Below are positions 34,002 through 50,884 of a DNA stretch of 64,000 bases, piece after piece. The notes under the pieces were generated by a model. That model did not search any database. It saw only the letters and a list, made by a program, of their open reading frames with translations, and was not told the origin of the DNA. Both the position numbers and the translations under genes were made by a program. Position 1 is the first letter of the stretch. The number at the start of each line of letters is the position of its first letter. Source of the stretch: the human T2T-CHM13v2.0 reference genome, Homo sapiens. The stretch lies in the NCBI RefSeq assembly GCF_009914755.1, contig NC_060934.1. One strand, 5' to 3'.

Positions 34002-34576
34002 TAAATGCCAATGATTGTTATGGACTCTCTTCCTTACTTTTACTTGACCTTTTTAGGAAAACCTGGAAATATAATATGTTTTATTTTTCAAGAAAGCCTG
34101 TTTCCTAACATTGGCCTAAATATTAAATAGAGCTTCTTAATTTCAATTAAGATTTTATATGGTTAGCATTCATATAAAGACTTTATTGGCATAATGCCTG
34201 AGAATTTTATAATGGCCAAGGAGATTATAACATTAGTGTGATATTGACTTTTAATGTAGTAAATTTTTCAGTTTCCATGGAGGGTTTTTTAATTCTTCCA
34301 GTTTATCTTGAAGTTATTTTTTATTAAAAATATACAATTCTAGACGTTGCATATATGGATGAATGTTATAGTCTCTGCATTTAAAACATTTTTTAAATGT
34401 TCTCCCCTGACTCACCAAAAAGAACTTATTTCTGCCTTAAATAGATTTAGGTTCTACAAAGTATAATCAGTATAATTCCTTATGTAGTTCAAGAATTATC
34501 TTTCATCAGTTATATGTAATTATTTAAATTAAAACATGTTCTTCTGTGGCATTATTGTTCATTTATTACTTTTCAG

Positions 34577-34742
34577 AGGCCTTGTACCTTTGCACAATGC
34601 ATGTTCTTATGGACATTATGAAGTTGCAGAACTTCTTGTTAAACATGGAGCAGTAGTTAATGTAGCTGATTTATGGAAATTTACACCTTTACATGAAGCA
34701 GCAGCAAAAGGAAAATATGAAATTTGCAAACTTCTGCTCCAG
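34577..34742 (+). CDS. TNKS2: TNKS2 exon 15 (166 nt)
   Basis: ttcag|AGGCC...TCCAG|gtata; [25 protein letters not shown]...ICKLLLQ. Confidence 0.97.
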
Positions 34743-35466
34743 GTATATTTAAATACTTAACTGTAAAGAGTATGAATTACATAGCATATGTTTATGGTTT
34801 TCTAAATAATTCTAGTATAAACTTAAACTAGTAAGCAATGGGAAGCAATGTTACCTAATTCTGTACCTAGATTTTAGAATAAATATAATAAACATTTTAT
34901 ATTTTAATCCACAAGTATGTTTACTAGCACCTAGAGTTATTTTTGTCTAGAGCCAACTATCATGTGATAGTTCTCTTATTATTTTTAGTTTTTCTCTTTG
35001 GTACTTTTATATTCATCAAATATAAAAATATTTGATGAATTATTTACTTACAAGCCAGATTTATTTAGCATTGATAAAATGGATGATACTGGTTCAGTAC
35101 AGATACCAGTGGATATTTTACAATAACAAGAATACAGAGATTTATACTTTATTTAAATGTTCATGAAAAGTAAAAATAGTATAACATGAAAGTTAATTTT
35201 TAATGAAATATGACTTTATTTTGAATGTAGTTTAAAATTTTGACTACATTAATGCATTAAAAAAATCCAGTAATATTTAACTGCCTCTGTATTCTTTTTA
35301 TAATAATTCTTTGTATAAACATTAGTAACAGTGATGTTAACCTTCAAAGTAGAGTCTCAATATAAATTTAGTTTTTCTTTGGTATAGTTAACACTGACTA
35401 TTTTCTCATTGACCAAAGGCACATTTAAGCCATTTCCCCCTTTTTTTCTGTTTTTCACATGCCTAG

Positions 35467-35691
<225 letters not shown>

Positions 35692-35786
35692 TGAATGAAG
35701 TTTCACAGATTTAGGCTGGTAATATCTGAGATTCATTTTACCCAGGTAAAATATTTTCTGTAACTAAACTTTAAAAATTCAAATCA

Positions 35787-36080
35787 GGCCAAGCATGGTG
35801 GCTCACACTTGTAATCCCAACACTTTATGAGGCTAAGGCAGGAGGATTGCTTGAGCCCAGGAATTTGAGAGCAGCCTGGGCAACATGGCAAAACCACACC
35901 TCTATAAAAAATTACAAAAATTAGCCAGGAGTGGTGGTGTGCACCTGTAGTCCCAGCTATTCAGGAGGCTGAGGTGGGAAGATTGAGCCCAGGAGGTCAC
36001 GGATGCAATAAGCCTTGATTGTGCCACTGTACTCCAGAAACAAAGTGAGACCCTGTCTCAAAAAATAAAAAAAATAAATA
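35787..36080 (+). mobile_element. AluJ
   Basis: TSD aaaaattcaaatca. Confidence 0.88.
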
Positions 36081-36446
36081 AAAATTCAAATCAAGTATCT
36101 TCTAATGCCACCATTATACTCTTCAGTGTATTTGTACAGGACAACCGTACTTGAAGCTATTAGCTGAGTTCGAGTTCACTTTATTACTAGTATGTTACAT
36201 TCAGTAAGAACAATTGAAGTAGGCTCTGCCAGTCCCCATGTGCTTTGGGAATCATTATTCCAGGTAATCATTTTATTGGTATCACCTTTGGTAAACAAGT
36301 TTTGAAAAATATGCCTACTTGAGCCAGCCTTCCTTATAGGAAGCTAAAGCTTTCTATTTTTCCTGATGGTAGCTGCTAAGCACAAGCAGGAAAAAAAAAA
36401 AATCTCAAAACTCTCAGAAGTTACATAAGCCTCTCACCAAAGTTAT

Positions 36447-36832
36447 CTGTTGTTTTGGTTTGTGAGAGTTCTCATAACAAAATACCAAAGACCAGGTGGC
36501 TTAAACAACAGAAATTTGTTTTCTCACAGTTCTGGAGGCTAGGAGTCCAAGTTCAAGGTGTTGGCAGAGTTGGTTTCTTCTGAAACCCCCTCTTGGCTTG
36601 CAGCTGTCTACCTTCTCAGTGTGTCCTCCATTGGAACATGGTGTCTCTTTCTATATGTCCTAGTCTCTACTTTTAAGGAAACCAGTCAAATTAGATTAGA
36701 GCCCACCCTAATGGGCTCATTTTAACTTTTTTAGCTCTTTAAAGGCTCTGTCTCCAAATAGAGTCATATTCTAAGGTACTGGGGTTAGGGCTTCAACATA
36801 AGAATTTTGCAGGGTACAATTCATTTCGTGAC
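36447..36832. mobile_element. MLT1-family MaLR solo LTR
   Basis: ggtggcttaaacaacagaaattt...ctcacagttctggaggct...ggggttagggcttcaacata. Confidence 0.8.
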
Positions 36833-38213
36833 ATTTGTTTTAAGGTTTCACTCATAAAACTGGCACAGTGTACCTTTGTTTTCAGTGCAAATATACAATA
36901 TATTGTGGTTTCAGTACAGCTTTTTCAGCTGCATTACAGATGTTAGGAAATCATTAAAATCACTGAGCTATAGCTAATACCTCAGTGGAGTTCCATCATA
37001 GACACAGTGGACTCATACAAGTTTGTCTAAATATACATGATTTAAACATGGTATAAAAAGCAAGAAAAAATAATGCAAAATTTCTGCCATTTCGTGTAAT
37101 GTGGGAGATGGAAATGTATGATGTTCATTTCAGTCTTGTATTATAACTTGGTGTTATACATGATTTTTACCTTTAAATTCTCACTCCATGTAAGTTGAGA
37201 CCTCACTGTCCAAAGAAACCAATTACTCTATGTGTCTTTCAAGTATTTTGGAAGTGATAAGCCACAAATGCTAACATGGTGAGAAAAAGCTTTACTTCCA
37301 CTGGCTATCAGGAGTTTCTAGTCCATGCAAGACAAAATATGACTTGACCTTTGATTGGAAGTTGTGCTGTGCATATTTATGTTAGCTTTTATATCTTTCT
37401 TGTAGCCTATCTAGAACACTTAACATTACTGTGTCCAAGTTGTCTTTGTAAGTCACAAATAATTTGTATGCATAAAATATTTCTGTCCACTTCTGCAGTG
37501 TTAAATACCATACCTTGAGACCTAGAAAGACTTTTAGATTAATGTAATATTTTATGGTAGTTTTATAATTGTATTCTTCTTTACTTGATCTTTTTAAATT
37601 CTTTTGCTTTAAATCCTTTAGCAAAAGGATAAAAACTATAATAGAAATAAGTTTTATTTCATGGCTTTAACAGCACCTAAGTTCCTCTACTAGACTTGCA
37701 GAGATGTGTACCTCTGAGTTCTCTCTAGCAAAAAAGCATGCTCTTGTGGCCTTCTGGGGAAGAGGACTCTGAGGCCCACTCTGGTTTGACTTGTATGTGA
37801 TTGCAGACCTTTGACTTGCAGCCTCTGAGACCCATGTACCTGAGTTCAAGAAGTGGTATGTAACACCCATGAAGGCAGAGACTTTGGTAGGAAGGTTTTC
37901 ATAGGAAAGATACAAGCAAATCAGTCAATATAATTTTGGGAATCTACAAAGCTAATTGATAACACAAAAAGCTTCCAACTTGAGGCAAGGGGGAAATGTT
38001 TTCCAGAAGGTAAATTGTTAATAGAGTCCAATGAGCTATTTCAGATTTATACAAAATCTCTTTTTTTATGTTTTCAGTAATGTCTATGCCTTATAAATAC
38101 ATATATATATGTATACATGTAATGACTTTTTTATGTTAACAAGTGGAAGTATTATGACATAGGACTAAAAAAGAAAAAACAAGTAAAGTAATTTTACTTC
38201 TTTTCTAAATTAG

Positions 38214-38323
38214 CTGGTTATAATAATTTAGAAGTTGCAGAGTATTTGTTACAACACGGAGCTGATGTGAATGCCCAAGACAAAGGAGGACTTATTCCTT
38301 TACATAATGCAGCATCTTACGGG
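38214..38323 (+). CDS. TNKS2: TNKS2 exon 17 (110 nt)
   Basis: attag|CTGGT...ACGGG|gtaag; [37 protein letters not shown]. Confidence 0.97.
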
Positions 38324-39046
38324 GTAAGTTCTTCCGTGTTACCTTTAAAAATTTGTGGAATTTTAAAGTGAAAGTCAGTATTGCAGCTCAAATGGAATGT
38401 AGTTTGATGTTCTCATTTTACAGAGAAGTAAGTGGCAGAGCTAAAGAAGTTAAATAACTTCCAAATTTCGGTTCTGAATCTGTTCTAAGCTTGCTGTGTG
38501 ATATGCGGTGTATTGTTGTTTGTTTTATTATCTGCCTTAACACCTGTCTCTTATTTTCAGTGAGATGTTGGTGATTGTGTTTATTTGTTGGTACCCAGAA
38601 AATCCACTGGGGCACCAACGGGGTAGATGGAATCTGTACAGATTCAGATGCATTGTTCCTGACTTATCATAGTCCAATGTGACATTCAAAATTGACCATC
38701 TTCAATGGTATAGTTTGAATAATTGAGGAAGATTGCTGCTTTATAAATTGACATTTAGTAGTTATAACATTTGAATAAATTAGAAATTATTGAAGTCATA
38801 TTAGTCTAGTTTCCTGCTAAATAGAATTCTTAACTCTTTTCTAGATAGTTTCTCAAGTTATTGAAATGTCCACTGTAATTTTTAATCAGCTACTCATAAG
38901 TTGTGATGTTGGGGAGAAAGAGTTTTTCTTTTCATTTCCAGAGTAAGTTTGAAAATGTGGAAGTAGGTACGTAACTAGTTTCATTTTAAGAAAGTAAAGT
39001 GTGACAAAATAATATTTCAGACTGTAACGGGTATTTTCTTTTACAG

Positions 39047-39235
39047 CATGTAGATGTAGCAGCTCTACTAATAAAGTATAATGCATGTGTCAATGCCACG
39101 GACAAATGGGCTTTCACACCTTTGCACGAAGCAGCCCAAAAGGGACGAACACAGCTTTGTGCTTTGTTGCTAGCCCATGGAGCTGACCCGACTCTTAAAA
39201 ATCAGGAAGGACAAACACCTTTAGATTTAGTTTCA
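39047..39235 (+). CDS. TNKS2: TNKS2 exon 18 (189 nt, ARC5)
   Basis: tacag|CATGT...TTTCA|gtaag; [33 protein letters not shown]...TPLDLVS. Confidence 0.97.
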
Positions 39236-40184
39236 GTAAGTGATGGGCTTTTTGAAAAATCTCAGTGCTTTTCTGACTTGTTAAAATTCACTTGATGTTA
39301 TTATAAAATGTCTTTATAGTCAATGTGAATGGCAAAATCTGGGTTTTAGCCTGATTTTAATGTAAGAGTTCTTTAGTATTAAAATATAATAGAATTATAA
39401 AGTAATATAATTATCCTTCTGTAGAATAGAATTATCAATCAGTTATTATATACTGAGTATTTTGGAAATAGGAAAAAGAAGTACATGATATAACTGCTTA
39501 CGTTAGTTAGGAAACTAAACAGACCCAGGCCCTCAGAAAATGCTGTTACTTATAGTGCATACAGCGCAGATGGTACAGACCATGGGTCTTACACACGGCC
39601 CCAACTGGGAACATTGCCCCCCAAGGTGCAGCCACAAACCCTGCTGCCAGTAGAGATTCCTTTTCCTCCCACACTGCCTCATCCCAGAGTTCTTGTTGCT
39701 CACCCTACCTTAACTGTTCATGAAACAAGTCTATTATCCACTTTCCTGTGGAGGTCCTGTTTTCCTTCCCCTCTCTCCAGAGCATGGAGCAGGTGTAGGA
39801 GCTTCCACTGAACCTTCCACCTCTGCTTTGGGCACTGAAGCAGATGCCTCTCTTGCCTCTACCACTGAGGACATTGACTAGAGCAGTGGAAAGAAAGGAG
39901 GAAGGAATTCTTTTTGAGATGAGAAGGAAGGGGAATCTTTTCTGCAGACTGCTTTCTACTGAGAAAGATTACATTGTTCCACATTACAATAAGAAACTGA
40001 GGTAGTTCAGCTGCATTGGTGCTTAAGTAGGTTTTTCTCAGTCAGCTAACAACCCAGCCATATTTACAACATTATCTCTTCAGGGAAATATCTTTCTAGT
40101 TCCAAGTTACCTTAAAAGTGAACATTTGGAATTCATTCCACCCATATGTTAGTTGACCAGATACAATTAAGTTACAATGAAGCA

Positions 40185-40420
40185 AAATGCTGTAGAGAAC
40201 ATACAGGGGCTTTAGAGTCAGACAGACTGGGCCTAGAATTCCAGCTGCACGATTTAAGTTGTACAATCTTATGAACTGCCTAACCTCTAAACCTTAGTTA
40301 CCTCATCTATAGATAGAGGTAAAATATATCTGGTTAGTATGAGAATTAAATGGGGTAATTTACTTAAAGTCTTTGGCATGGTATCAGGTACATAAAAAGC
40401 ACTCAATAAATGGTACTATT
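40185..40420. mobile_element. MIR
   Basis: gctttagagtcagacagactggg...cctcatctat...gcactcaataaatggta. Confidence 0.75.
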
Positions 40421-40643
40421 ATTATAAACAAATGTCATTTACAAATTGTGAGTGCAATGGGAATGCATAGACTGGGGGAAGAGAAAGGTGATGACTGGAA
40501 TAGTCAGAACAAATGACTATGAAACAAGTACTAATTTATTCCTTGCTGAACATTAGTTGAACGTTGTGAAAGAAGAGTACATATTACAAATTAAACAAAT
40601 TAATGTACCAATAAATGTGAGGACTTTTTTCCATTCTAGCAGA

Positions 40644-40981
<338 letters not shown>

Positions 40982-41316
40982 TAAAATGATTATCTTTTCT
41001 ACCCACCTCCTCTCCAAAAAACTTTCAGTTTTAAGGAACAAATACATTGCTGAATATTTTCCAGGAAATACAAACAATTCAGTTTGCTAAAGTTCTGTGT
41101 AGGTTGAATTACTTCTTTCAGAGTAACTACAATAGGACTAAAATCTCTTACCTTTTAAAATTGATATTTCTGTAATTCGTTGTGCTTCTCAGTCACAATA
41201 TCAGAATTAGGGTTTTGTTCATGCTTTGCCATATTTAAATTATATTTTGACAATATGTGTTTTGGAAGAGATGTTCTCAGTTATGTCTTATATTTTAATA
41301 ACAGTTTAGCTGGATA

Positions 41317-41530
41317 CAGGTTGAATATCCCTTATCGGAAATGCTTAGAACCAGATGTGTTTTCGGCTTTTGGATATTTTTTTCAGATTTTGAAATATTA
41401 TACTCAAGCATTATACTTACTGTTGAGCATCCCCGATCCCCAAATCTGAAATCCAAAATGCTCCAATAAACATTTCCTTTGAGCTTCACGTCAACATTTT
41501 AAAATTTTCAGATTTGGGATGTTTGACCTG
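41317..41530. mobile_element. Tigger4-type (MER46) element
   Basis: TA-flanked TIRs caggttgaatatccc...gggatgtttgacctg. Confidence 0.75.
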
Positions 41531-41691
41531 TATTAACCTGTTTGCTTCACTTTTTAAAATGAATAATCCTCCATTGTGATAGTACTAGCACAAATTGCTG
41601 GGTTTTCTCATATTTTTAAATATATTTTATTAGGTATAATAGCATTTTAAAACTTGCTTATGGCAGATGTTGTCTCTGACACGTACCCTAG

Positions 41692-41944
41692 GCGGATGAT
41701 GTCAGCGCTCTTCTGACAGCAGCCATGCCCCCATCTGCTCTGCCCTCTTGTTACAAGCCTCAAGTGCTCAATGGTGTGAGAAGCCCAGGAGCCACTGCAG
41801 ATGCTCTCTCTTCAGGTCCATCTAGCCCATCAAGCCTTTCTGCAGCCAGCAGTCTTGACAACTTATCTGGGAGTTTTTCAGAACTGTCTTCAGTAGTTAG
41901 TTCAAGTGGAACAGAGGGTGCTTCCAGTTTGGAGAAAAAGGAGG
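41692..41944 (+). CDS. TNKS2: TNKS2 exon 19 (253 nt, Ser/Pro-rich linker)
   Basis: cctag|GCGGAT...GAGG|gtgag; ADDVSALLTAAMPPSALPSCYK...SSLEKKE. Confidence 0.95.
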
Positions 41945-42144
41945 GTGAGACGTTCTACAAAAATAACTTTCTAACTGGTATTGTAGCCCCGTATTTGTCA
42001 TTTGGGATGCTAAAAAGTCATTTTTAACCTTAAATACAAGGTATTAGTATAAAATTAGTTAACATAGCCTTAAAAAGGTTTAACCTTGTATTACTTTCTT
42101 CCTTCCAAGTTGACAGTTGAAGAGTCTTGTGCTACTAACCTACT

Positions 42145-42479
<335 letters not shown>

Positions 42480-42786
42480 TAAAATTCATCCCACCTTATG
42501 CAACAGTGTGGAGCTTGTTTTCATAAACTTTTTTGTGAAGTAGCTTACATCCTGAAAGATAGGAAAACTGGTTTTAAAAATATAGATGCAATTAAAAACA
42601 AAGTTTAAAATAAAAATGAGAGTACTGAGACTGCCCCATTGATTAGCTTTTTTCTAATGTTGAAATTTTGTAGCTTTCTCTTGTTCAGTATTATATCCTA
42701 AGTGGCTATTAATATTATTTTCTTCATATATAGTAACATTACAAGACTTTACTGTTATAGTGATGAAATACATTATTCTGATGTGA

Positions 42787-42912
<126 letters not shown>

Positions 42913-43369
42913 TAAATCATATTGTTTGGATTAGTGTTTTATGGAAACTCAAGGAAAATTTGGAACATACTTGAAATGAGCTGAACCATGTAAGCTATTG
43001 GGGGAGAATGTTTTTTAAGAAATGACATCAGTCAGCCTTCTAATTTGGCTTGACCTTGAAACTTCCATTTAGTTTATTCGCACACAGTTGACTCGAGTAG
43101 TAATGGTAAAGTAGCTTTCTTGAATGGAAAGTTTAGCTTATTCAGTTCTTGAAGTAAGTTATCCTTGAGCACTGTCTATTCAGTTCTCTCTAAGCCTGAC
43201 ACTTTTCTAGCTGCTATGGGAAGGTATATGAATATGCCAGCCGTATCTGGGCTTTTCTAAGCAGTCTCAGTTTAAAGTACTCTGTCAGAATACATTTACT
43301 GATTTTTGTTGTTGTTCAGAAAATAATGTTACTGTAGATTTGCACTCTAAGGGACTTTCATTGTAGTTA

Positions 43370-44065
<696 letters not shown>

Positions 44066-44489
44066 TTACCGTGAGCTAGGCTCATCAGGGAATGCTTCAT
44101 GGAACGTGTGTAAGTAAAACAGGATTTTAAAGAATGGCTTCAATTTCATGAAGCCATAGTGTATTACTGTATTAAAGGTAAAAGGGTTACTTTGAACAGT
44201 GATGCAGAAGTACCACTTGGCATAGTCCAGACTCAGCAGGAACCATTGAAAGACATTATATAAATAGGGTTGGATGTAGAGTGATGGTAGAAAAGTATTA
44301 TGGAAAAGATAAAATAGAATACCCGAATGTGGTTAGTTTGAAAGTGCCTTTTTGTTTTGCGTTTTAGTTCTGCTCAGGTTCTTATGCTAAATGGAAATAA
44401 TATTTTTAGAAATGTTTAAAATAATCTGGAGTAAATGTGTGAATCTTACATATTATGAAAACACCAATATATGAATGTCCACCAAATAA

Positions 44490-44657
<168 letters not shown>

Positions 44658-45260
44658 TAATAATTGCTGTTGTCAGTTTAACAGTTTGCATAAAGGCAAC
44701 CCTCAGTGTACTAAGTTATAATTTAAAAATATGTATGAGAGAATCTGTTTAATAGGAAGAATACTAATTTAGGATTCAGGAAACTGGGATTAAGTCTTAG
44801 CTGTGCTACTGACTTAAACTTACTGAGCTGCTGCTGTTAACGATGTGAACCTAAGTAAAATTTCTGGACCATTCAGAAATTTGGGAATTGTTTTAGCTCC
44901 TGAAAATAAGGAAGTTAGTTTGAGATTATTTTCTGAAGTTATTCTAGCTCTTAAATTGTATTATTTTAAAGGTCTGAAACTTAGGTATCACATTTCTTAT
45001 GGTAATATAATAGATAATAACTAAGTGTTCAGGCTAACCCTTAAAGTACTATAGTAGATCTCTTATGTAGATAAAATTTTAAGCGCTTGGGATGAAAATA
45101 CTGGAAAGCAATAATGTTGCAACTGAGGAAATTGAACAAAACAAAGTTGAATAATATTTTTATTTCTCCTTAATGTTGGTGCTTAAGGAAAATGCAAATT
45201 GCATTTATTCAGCAGATGTTAACACTTTATACCAGGTCTGGGTATAAAAAGGTGAATTGT

Positions 45261-45570
45261 GGCCAAACGCGGTGGCTCACGCCTGTAATTCCAGCACTTT
45301 GGGAGGCCGATGCAGGTGGATCACGAGGTCAGGAGATCCAGACCATCCTGGCTAACATGGTGAAACCCCATCTCTACTAAAAATACAAAAAATTAGCCGG
45401 GCGTGGTGGTGGGCACCTGTAGTCCCAGCTATTCAGGAGGCTGAGGCAGGAGAATGGCGTGAACCCGGGAAGCGGAGCTTGCAGTGAGTGGAGATCACAC
45501 CACTGCACTCCAGCCTGGGCGACAGAGCGAGACTCCATCTCAAAAAACATAAATAAATAATATAAAAAAA
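45261..45570 (+). mobile_element. AluY
   Basis: TSD taaaaaggt(g/t)aattgt. Confidence 0.92.
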
Positions 45571-45589
45571 TAAAAAGGTTAATTGTTTT

Positions 45590-45902
<313 letters not shown>

Positions 45903-47679
45903 TTAAGTGTCAAAACCACATTTAACTTTATTGTTCAACTGAGGGAGTGATTTATCTTGGGGTCAAAAATATCCAATAATTGAACGTCCTGGCTGTACAC
46001 CTGGGGTTAAAGAGAAACCTCCATCAGTAAAAATGAAGGTATTTTCAGGGAAGAATGTATGCTAGCCAGGATGGGGTCCACCTCTGAAGAAATAAGAGCA
46101 CCTCTAAAAATGTAGATGATTCAAGCTAAGGAATACTTTAAACTGGTATTTTAGAATAAGCTCAATTAAAGGTAGATGTATTTTACTGCCTGATAAGGAC
46201 TAGGATAAGATATTTAAAGTGCAATATGCTCTTGGCTGTTTCTAGTATAGAGGACAAATTTTTGTAAGATAAAGAGGAGGGAAAGTCCATGATTTCCTGA
46301 AATATTAGTATACAATATAATTAGCACTAAAAATGAGAAACTAGAACCCTCAGTTGTAGACCATCGTTGTAACTCTACTGGAATAATACTGATCTGGTAT
46401 GATAACAATTATGTTGGAGTACCAGGATAACAAGAGTCTTTTAGGAAAGAGGCAGAGTAGAAAAGGAAAGCAGGCAGTATTTGTGTATTAAACATATCAT
46501 AGCTATTAGGACTGCACTGAAAAGCTGAAAGGCTCAATGACAGAAATGGATACATTGCCTCCAAATGGCAGAGGTACTTCCATGCCACCTCTGGTCCTGT
46601 AGTCACTCTGATACATCCAGCTCCACTTGGATAGGAACATTCATTCCTATATGAAGAAGAAACGTCATGAGACAAAATGCTGTGTCTGATCTAGCATATC
46701 AGGGTTACTTTACTACATAAAGTTACCATCTTCTTTATGTTCATTCAAAGCCAATACTCTTTTTTTCCCCCAACCTGATGTTAGTCAACCAACAGGGATT
46801 CTGTACTTACACCTGATTTGCAAAGTGGAACTGGTAGCTGCCTGTGATGATCTTCTAACAATCTATCATGCTGACTTAACAGCCTTACCTATCATTCAAT
46901 GCATCAAGTCAATAGATGACTAGTACCATACTGATCTTTCAGTATTGATAAATATCATCTTGTATATGTTGCAGATGCCTCAGTCAGGCATTTGTCACAG
47001 TCTTTATTCTGTAAAACACTCTCCATATGCTCTTCATAATCCTTAAAGATTATTGCAGTTCAGCCACTTCTGTAAGTGTTTATTAGCATTGGCATGTTGG
47101 TAGTAGTCCTGTTCTTCAGACCATAGCTTTGAACCAGAATAGTGCTCTTCATCTCCAGAGACAAACTTCCATGCACTAACCCAGCAGTAAAGGATTTGGC
47201 CCCTACATGGGAAAACAGCAGTGTTGGAGATATTGTTGTAGAGATTAAAGGAGAGAGTTGTGCTACAAATACACCAAAGGAATTAGAAAATTCTGTTTAA
47301 AATTCCATTTAAAAAGCTTTTATAAGAATAAAGATAGAAAAATAGATATGATTATCTTGATCATTGACATTTGGAAAACACACAAATTCATTGCTGAGGT
47401 AAACAATCTATTATGGGACAGAATATACATTCAATAGGTGGTAAACTGGATTTCTCATTCTAGGGTGATTTAAAATTACCTGAGGCTATGCAAGTTTCTG
47501 TCATAATTCTTCCTCATATTTACAAAGAAGAAAGAGATTAAATGTTGAAAGGGCTGCGTAGTTAGTAAAGAAAGTAATTTGAAGAAGAAAATGTGTTACA
47601 AACTCATTAAGAATAGGAGATAAGAGAAAGATTTTCTGAAATATTTCCATAAAACCCCTTATAACTTGTCAGGTCAAAA

Positions 47680-48242
<563 letters not shown>

Positions 48243-48268
48243 TTGGTAGTAAGAATCAGAAAAATTAG

Positions 48269-48481
<213 letters not shown>

Positions 48482-48634
48482 TAGTTCACTTTGTATCCTC
48501 TTGTTTCTTTTTCTTCCTTTAGTTTGCATTATATAATTTTCACCTATAAAATCTGTTTTCAAGCTGATTATCTAATATTACTAGAGTAATATTACTCTAG
48601 AAAATATTACTCATGAATTTATAAGACTCATATT

Positions 48635-48783
48635 CTTTGTTTTTTGTGTTTGTTTTTGTTTTTGTTTTTGTTTTTGTTTTAGTAGAGATGGGGTTTCGCC
48701 ATGTTGCCCAGGCTGGTCTTGAACTCCTGAGCTCAGGCAGTCCACCTGCCTCGGCCTCCCAAAGTGGGGCACCATGCCCAGCC
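48635..48783 (-). mobile_element. Alu left-arm monomer (FLAM-like)
   Basis: TSD ctcatattctttg. Confidence 0.8.
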
Positions 48784-48926
48784 CTCATATTCTTTGAATA
48801 ACAAAAATATTAAAACCTGTTTTGTATTCTCAAAAATAGAATCAGACGAGTCAAGAACCATGTTCCCCAAATCAGAAAATAACACAAATGCTAATGCACA
48901 TATATTTCAAACCATTTTTCTGACAG

Positions 48927-49001
48927 ATGCAAAGTACAGTTCGAGAGCACAGAGATGGAGGTCATGCAGGTGGAATCTTCAACAGATACAATATTCTCAA
49001 G
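48927..49001 (+). CDS. TNKS2: TNKS2 exon 23 (75 nt, PARP domain)
   Basis: gacag|ATGCA...TCAAG|gtaat; MQSTVREHRDGGHAGGIFNRYNILK. Confidence 0.96.
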
Positions 49002-50737
49002 GTAATAAATTAGTGAAAGTAAAGTTTTCTGAGACTGTCGTTTTCAAAGCCTGAAGCCATAAGTAACTTTCATAAGAATCTAATCTGTCTAGCCTGGTAA
49101 GTCCTTGACTTGGCATCAGAGACTATTTTGGGAAAGAGGATACCCTTGGAAGGTTAATATTCTCCAAATCCCTGTGCTATTTTTAATAAAGGATAATAAT
49201 TCAATTCTTGTTGAACATATTCAAGTTTATGGGTTATGCTTTATCTTGGGGTAATGCTAAATACTATAGGTTCAATACTTTATATAAAGTACTGTTAAAG
49301 TACTCTATTGTAACAAAGCTGAATTTTTTTTGTGGCGGATACCATCTTTATAGTCATACAATGCTTATTTTTTTATCCTGATTGACTACAGGTTTCTGAA
49401 AGTCCCCAAATATATTATCTTTTTATAAACTTTAATAGTACTCTCTTCATCTTTTCCAAAAAAATATATTTTAAAAATGTTTTGAGTCATTTAGTGACTG
49501 CTGTCTTACTGATTTCAGTTACTCTTCTTAGGAACTTTTTCAACATTATGTTTTTCTTGAACTATAGTAATCAAAACTGCACACCATACTTGATGCATAA
49601 TGAATTCGTATTAACTACATTGATGCAGTATATTCCTAATAATTGTAAAAATAAGACAGAATTAATATGTGACAAATGCCTTTCTAATACACAAATGCTA
49701 AACTCTGAACAGTATCAAATCTTTCAGCTGTATTGTATTACTGTTTCATAACATACTATGAGTATAATATGTAATCAGGCAAATACATGCCTACTACAGG
49801 TACATTTCAGTCAAGTCCACTTTGTCTACAAGCATTAACAAAATGTGTGGAGTTTTGTTAGGAGTGAGAGCAGGAGAGAGGTTGTGTGTTTGATTTCTAA
49901 AGTAGTTGGATTTGAGAAAGATACAGTTTTCTTCCTCTAATAAAGGTATTTTCATGCGTTGTGTAATAAAAATTTTTTCAGTGATGAAACGGGTTTTTTT
50001 TGTTGTTGTTGTTCCTTTTTAATGCATAAATGAGATCTATTTGTGACAGTTACGATCCTTGATTACATCTGTGGCAATATTTTGCATTATTTGAGCCAAG
50101 ACTAAAACCATCAGCTTCCAGGTGTGCTCTAGGAACCAGCAGGGGGCTGTAGCACCTTTAAACACAGCTAAGAAACAACACTATTATTGTGAATTTTGTT
50201 CCTAGAAATACTCCTAATGAGACTGATATCCACCTTAAAATCTTCTGCGGACAAAAATTTTCTGAATCAGAAGGTCGAGGGAGTAATTGTGTATGTGTTG
50301 AGGGGTGGGGGACGCTATTTCAAATATTCTTAATTTAAAACAGATTAATATGGAACTCAGACAAATACATTGGGGAAAAAGGATACTCTTCTCTTTCTAG
50401 TACTTTATACAGAAAAAACTCGGCATGTCTGATTTGGAGGTGTTTTTGTAATAGTTTTAAGTTAATGAGAATGGAAGTGTTTTAATAAATTAACAGTATT
50501 CCTGACCTTCACATATGGCCTTTTTTTCTTTGAATTTTTTTAATCTCCAAAATGTAGCTATACTTCCAATTTTATGGTTGGGACAAAGTATTTTTAGTTG
50601 ATTAAAATAACACATTTTATATTTCAGAGTACAGTTTTGCCTACCTTCTAGCTAAATGTATGTCCCATGTTTGGTTTAGATGAAGAAGTCAGTAAGTAAT
50701 TCCTAAAGATTTGATTTTTCTGGTTTATTTTTTATAG

Positions 50738-50884
<147 letters not shown>

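Noticed and set aside
37674-37855. Possible cryptic exon in intron 16 (aacag|...GTG|gtatgt)
   Set aside because: Mediocre pyrimidine tract; such pseudo-exons are common and nothing else supports it
46380-47250. Non-Alu stretch that might be a decayed ERV or transposase remnant
   Set aside because: Could not assign a family or recover a convincing reading frame by eye
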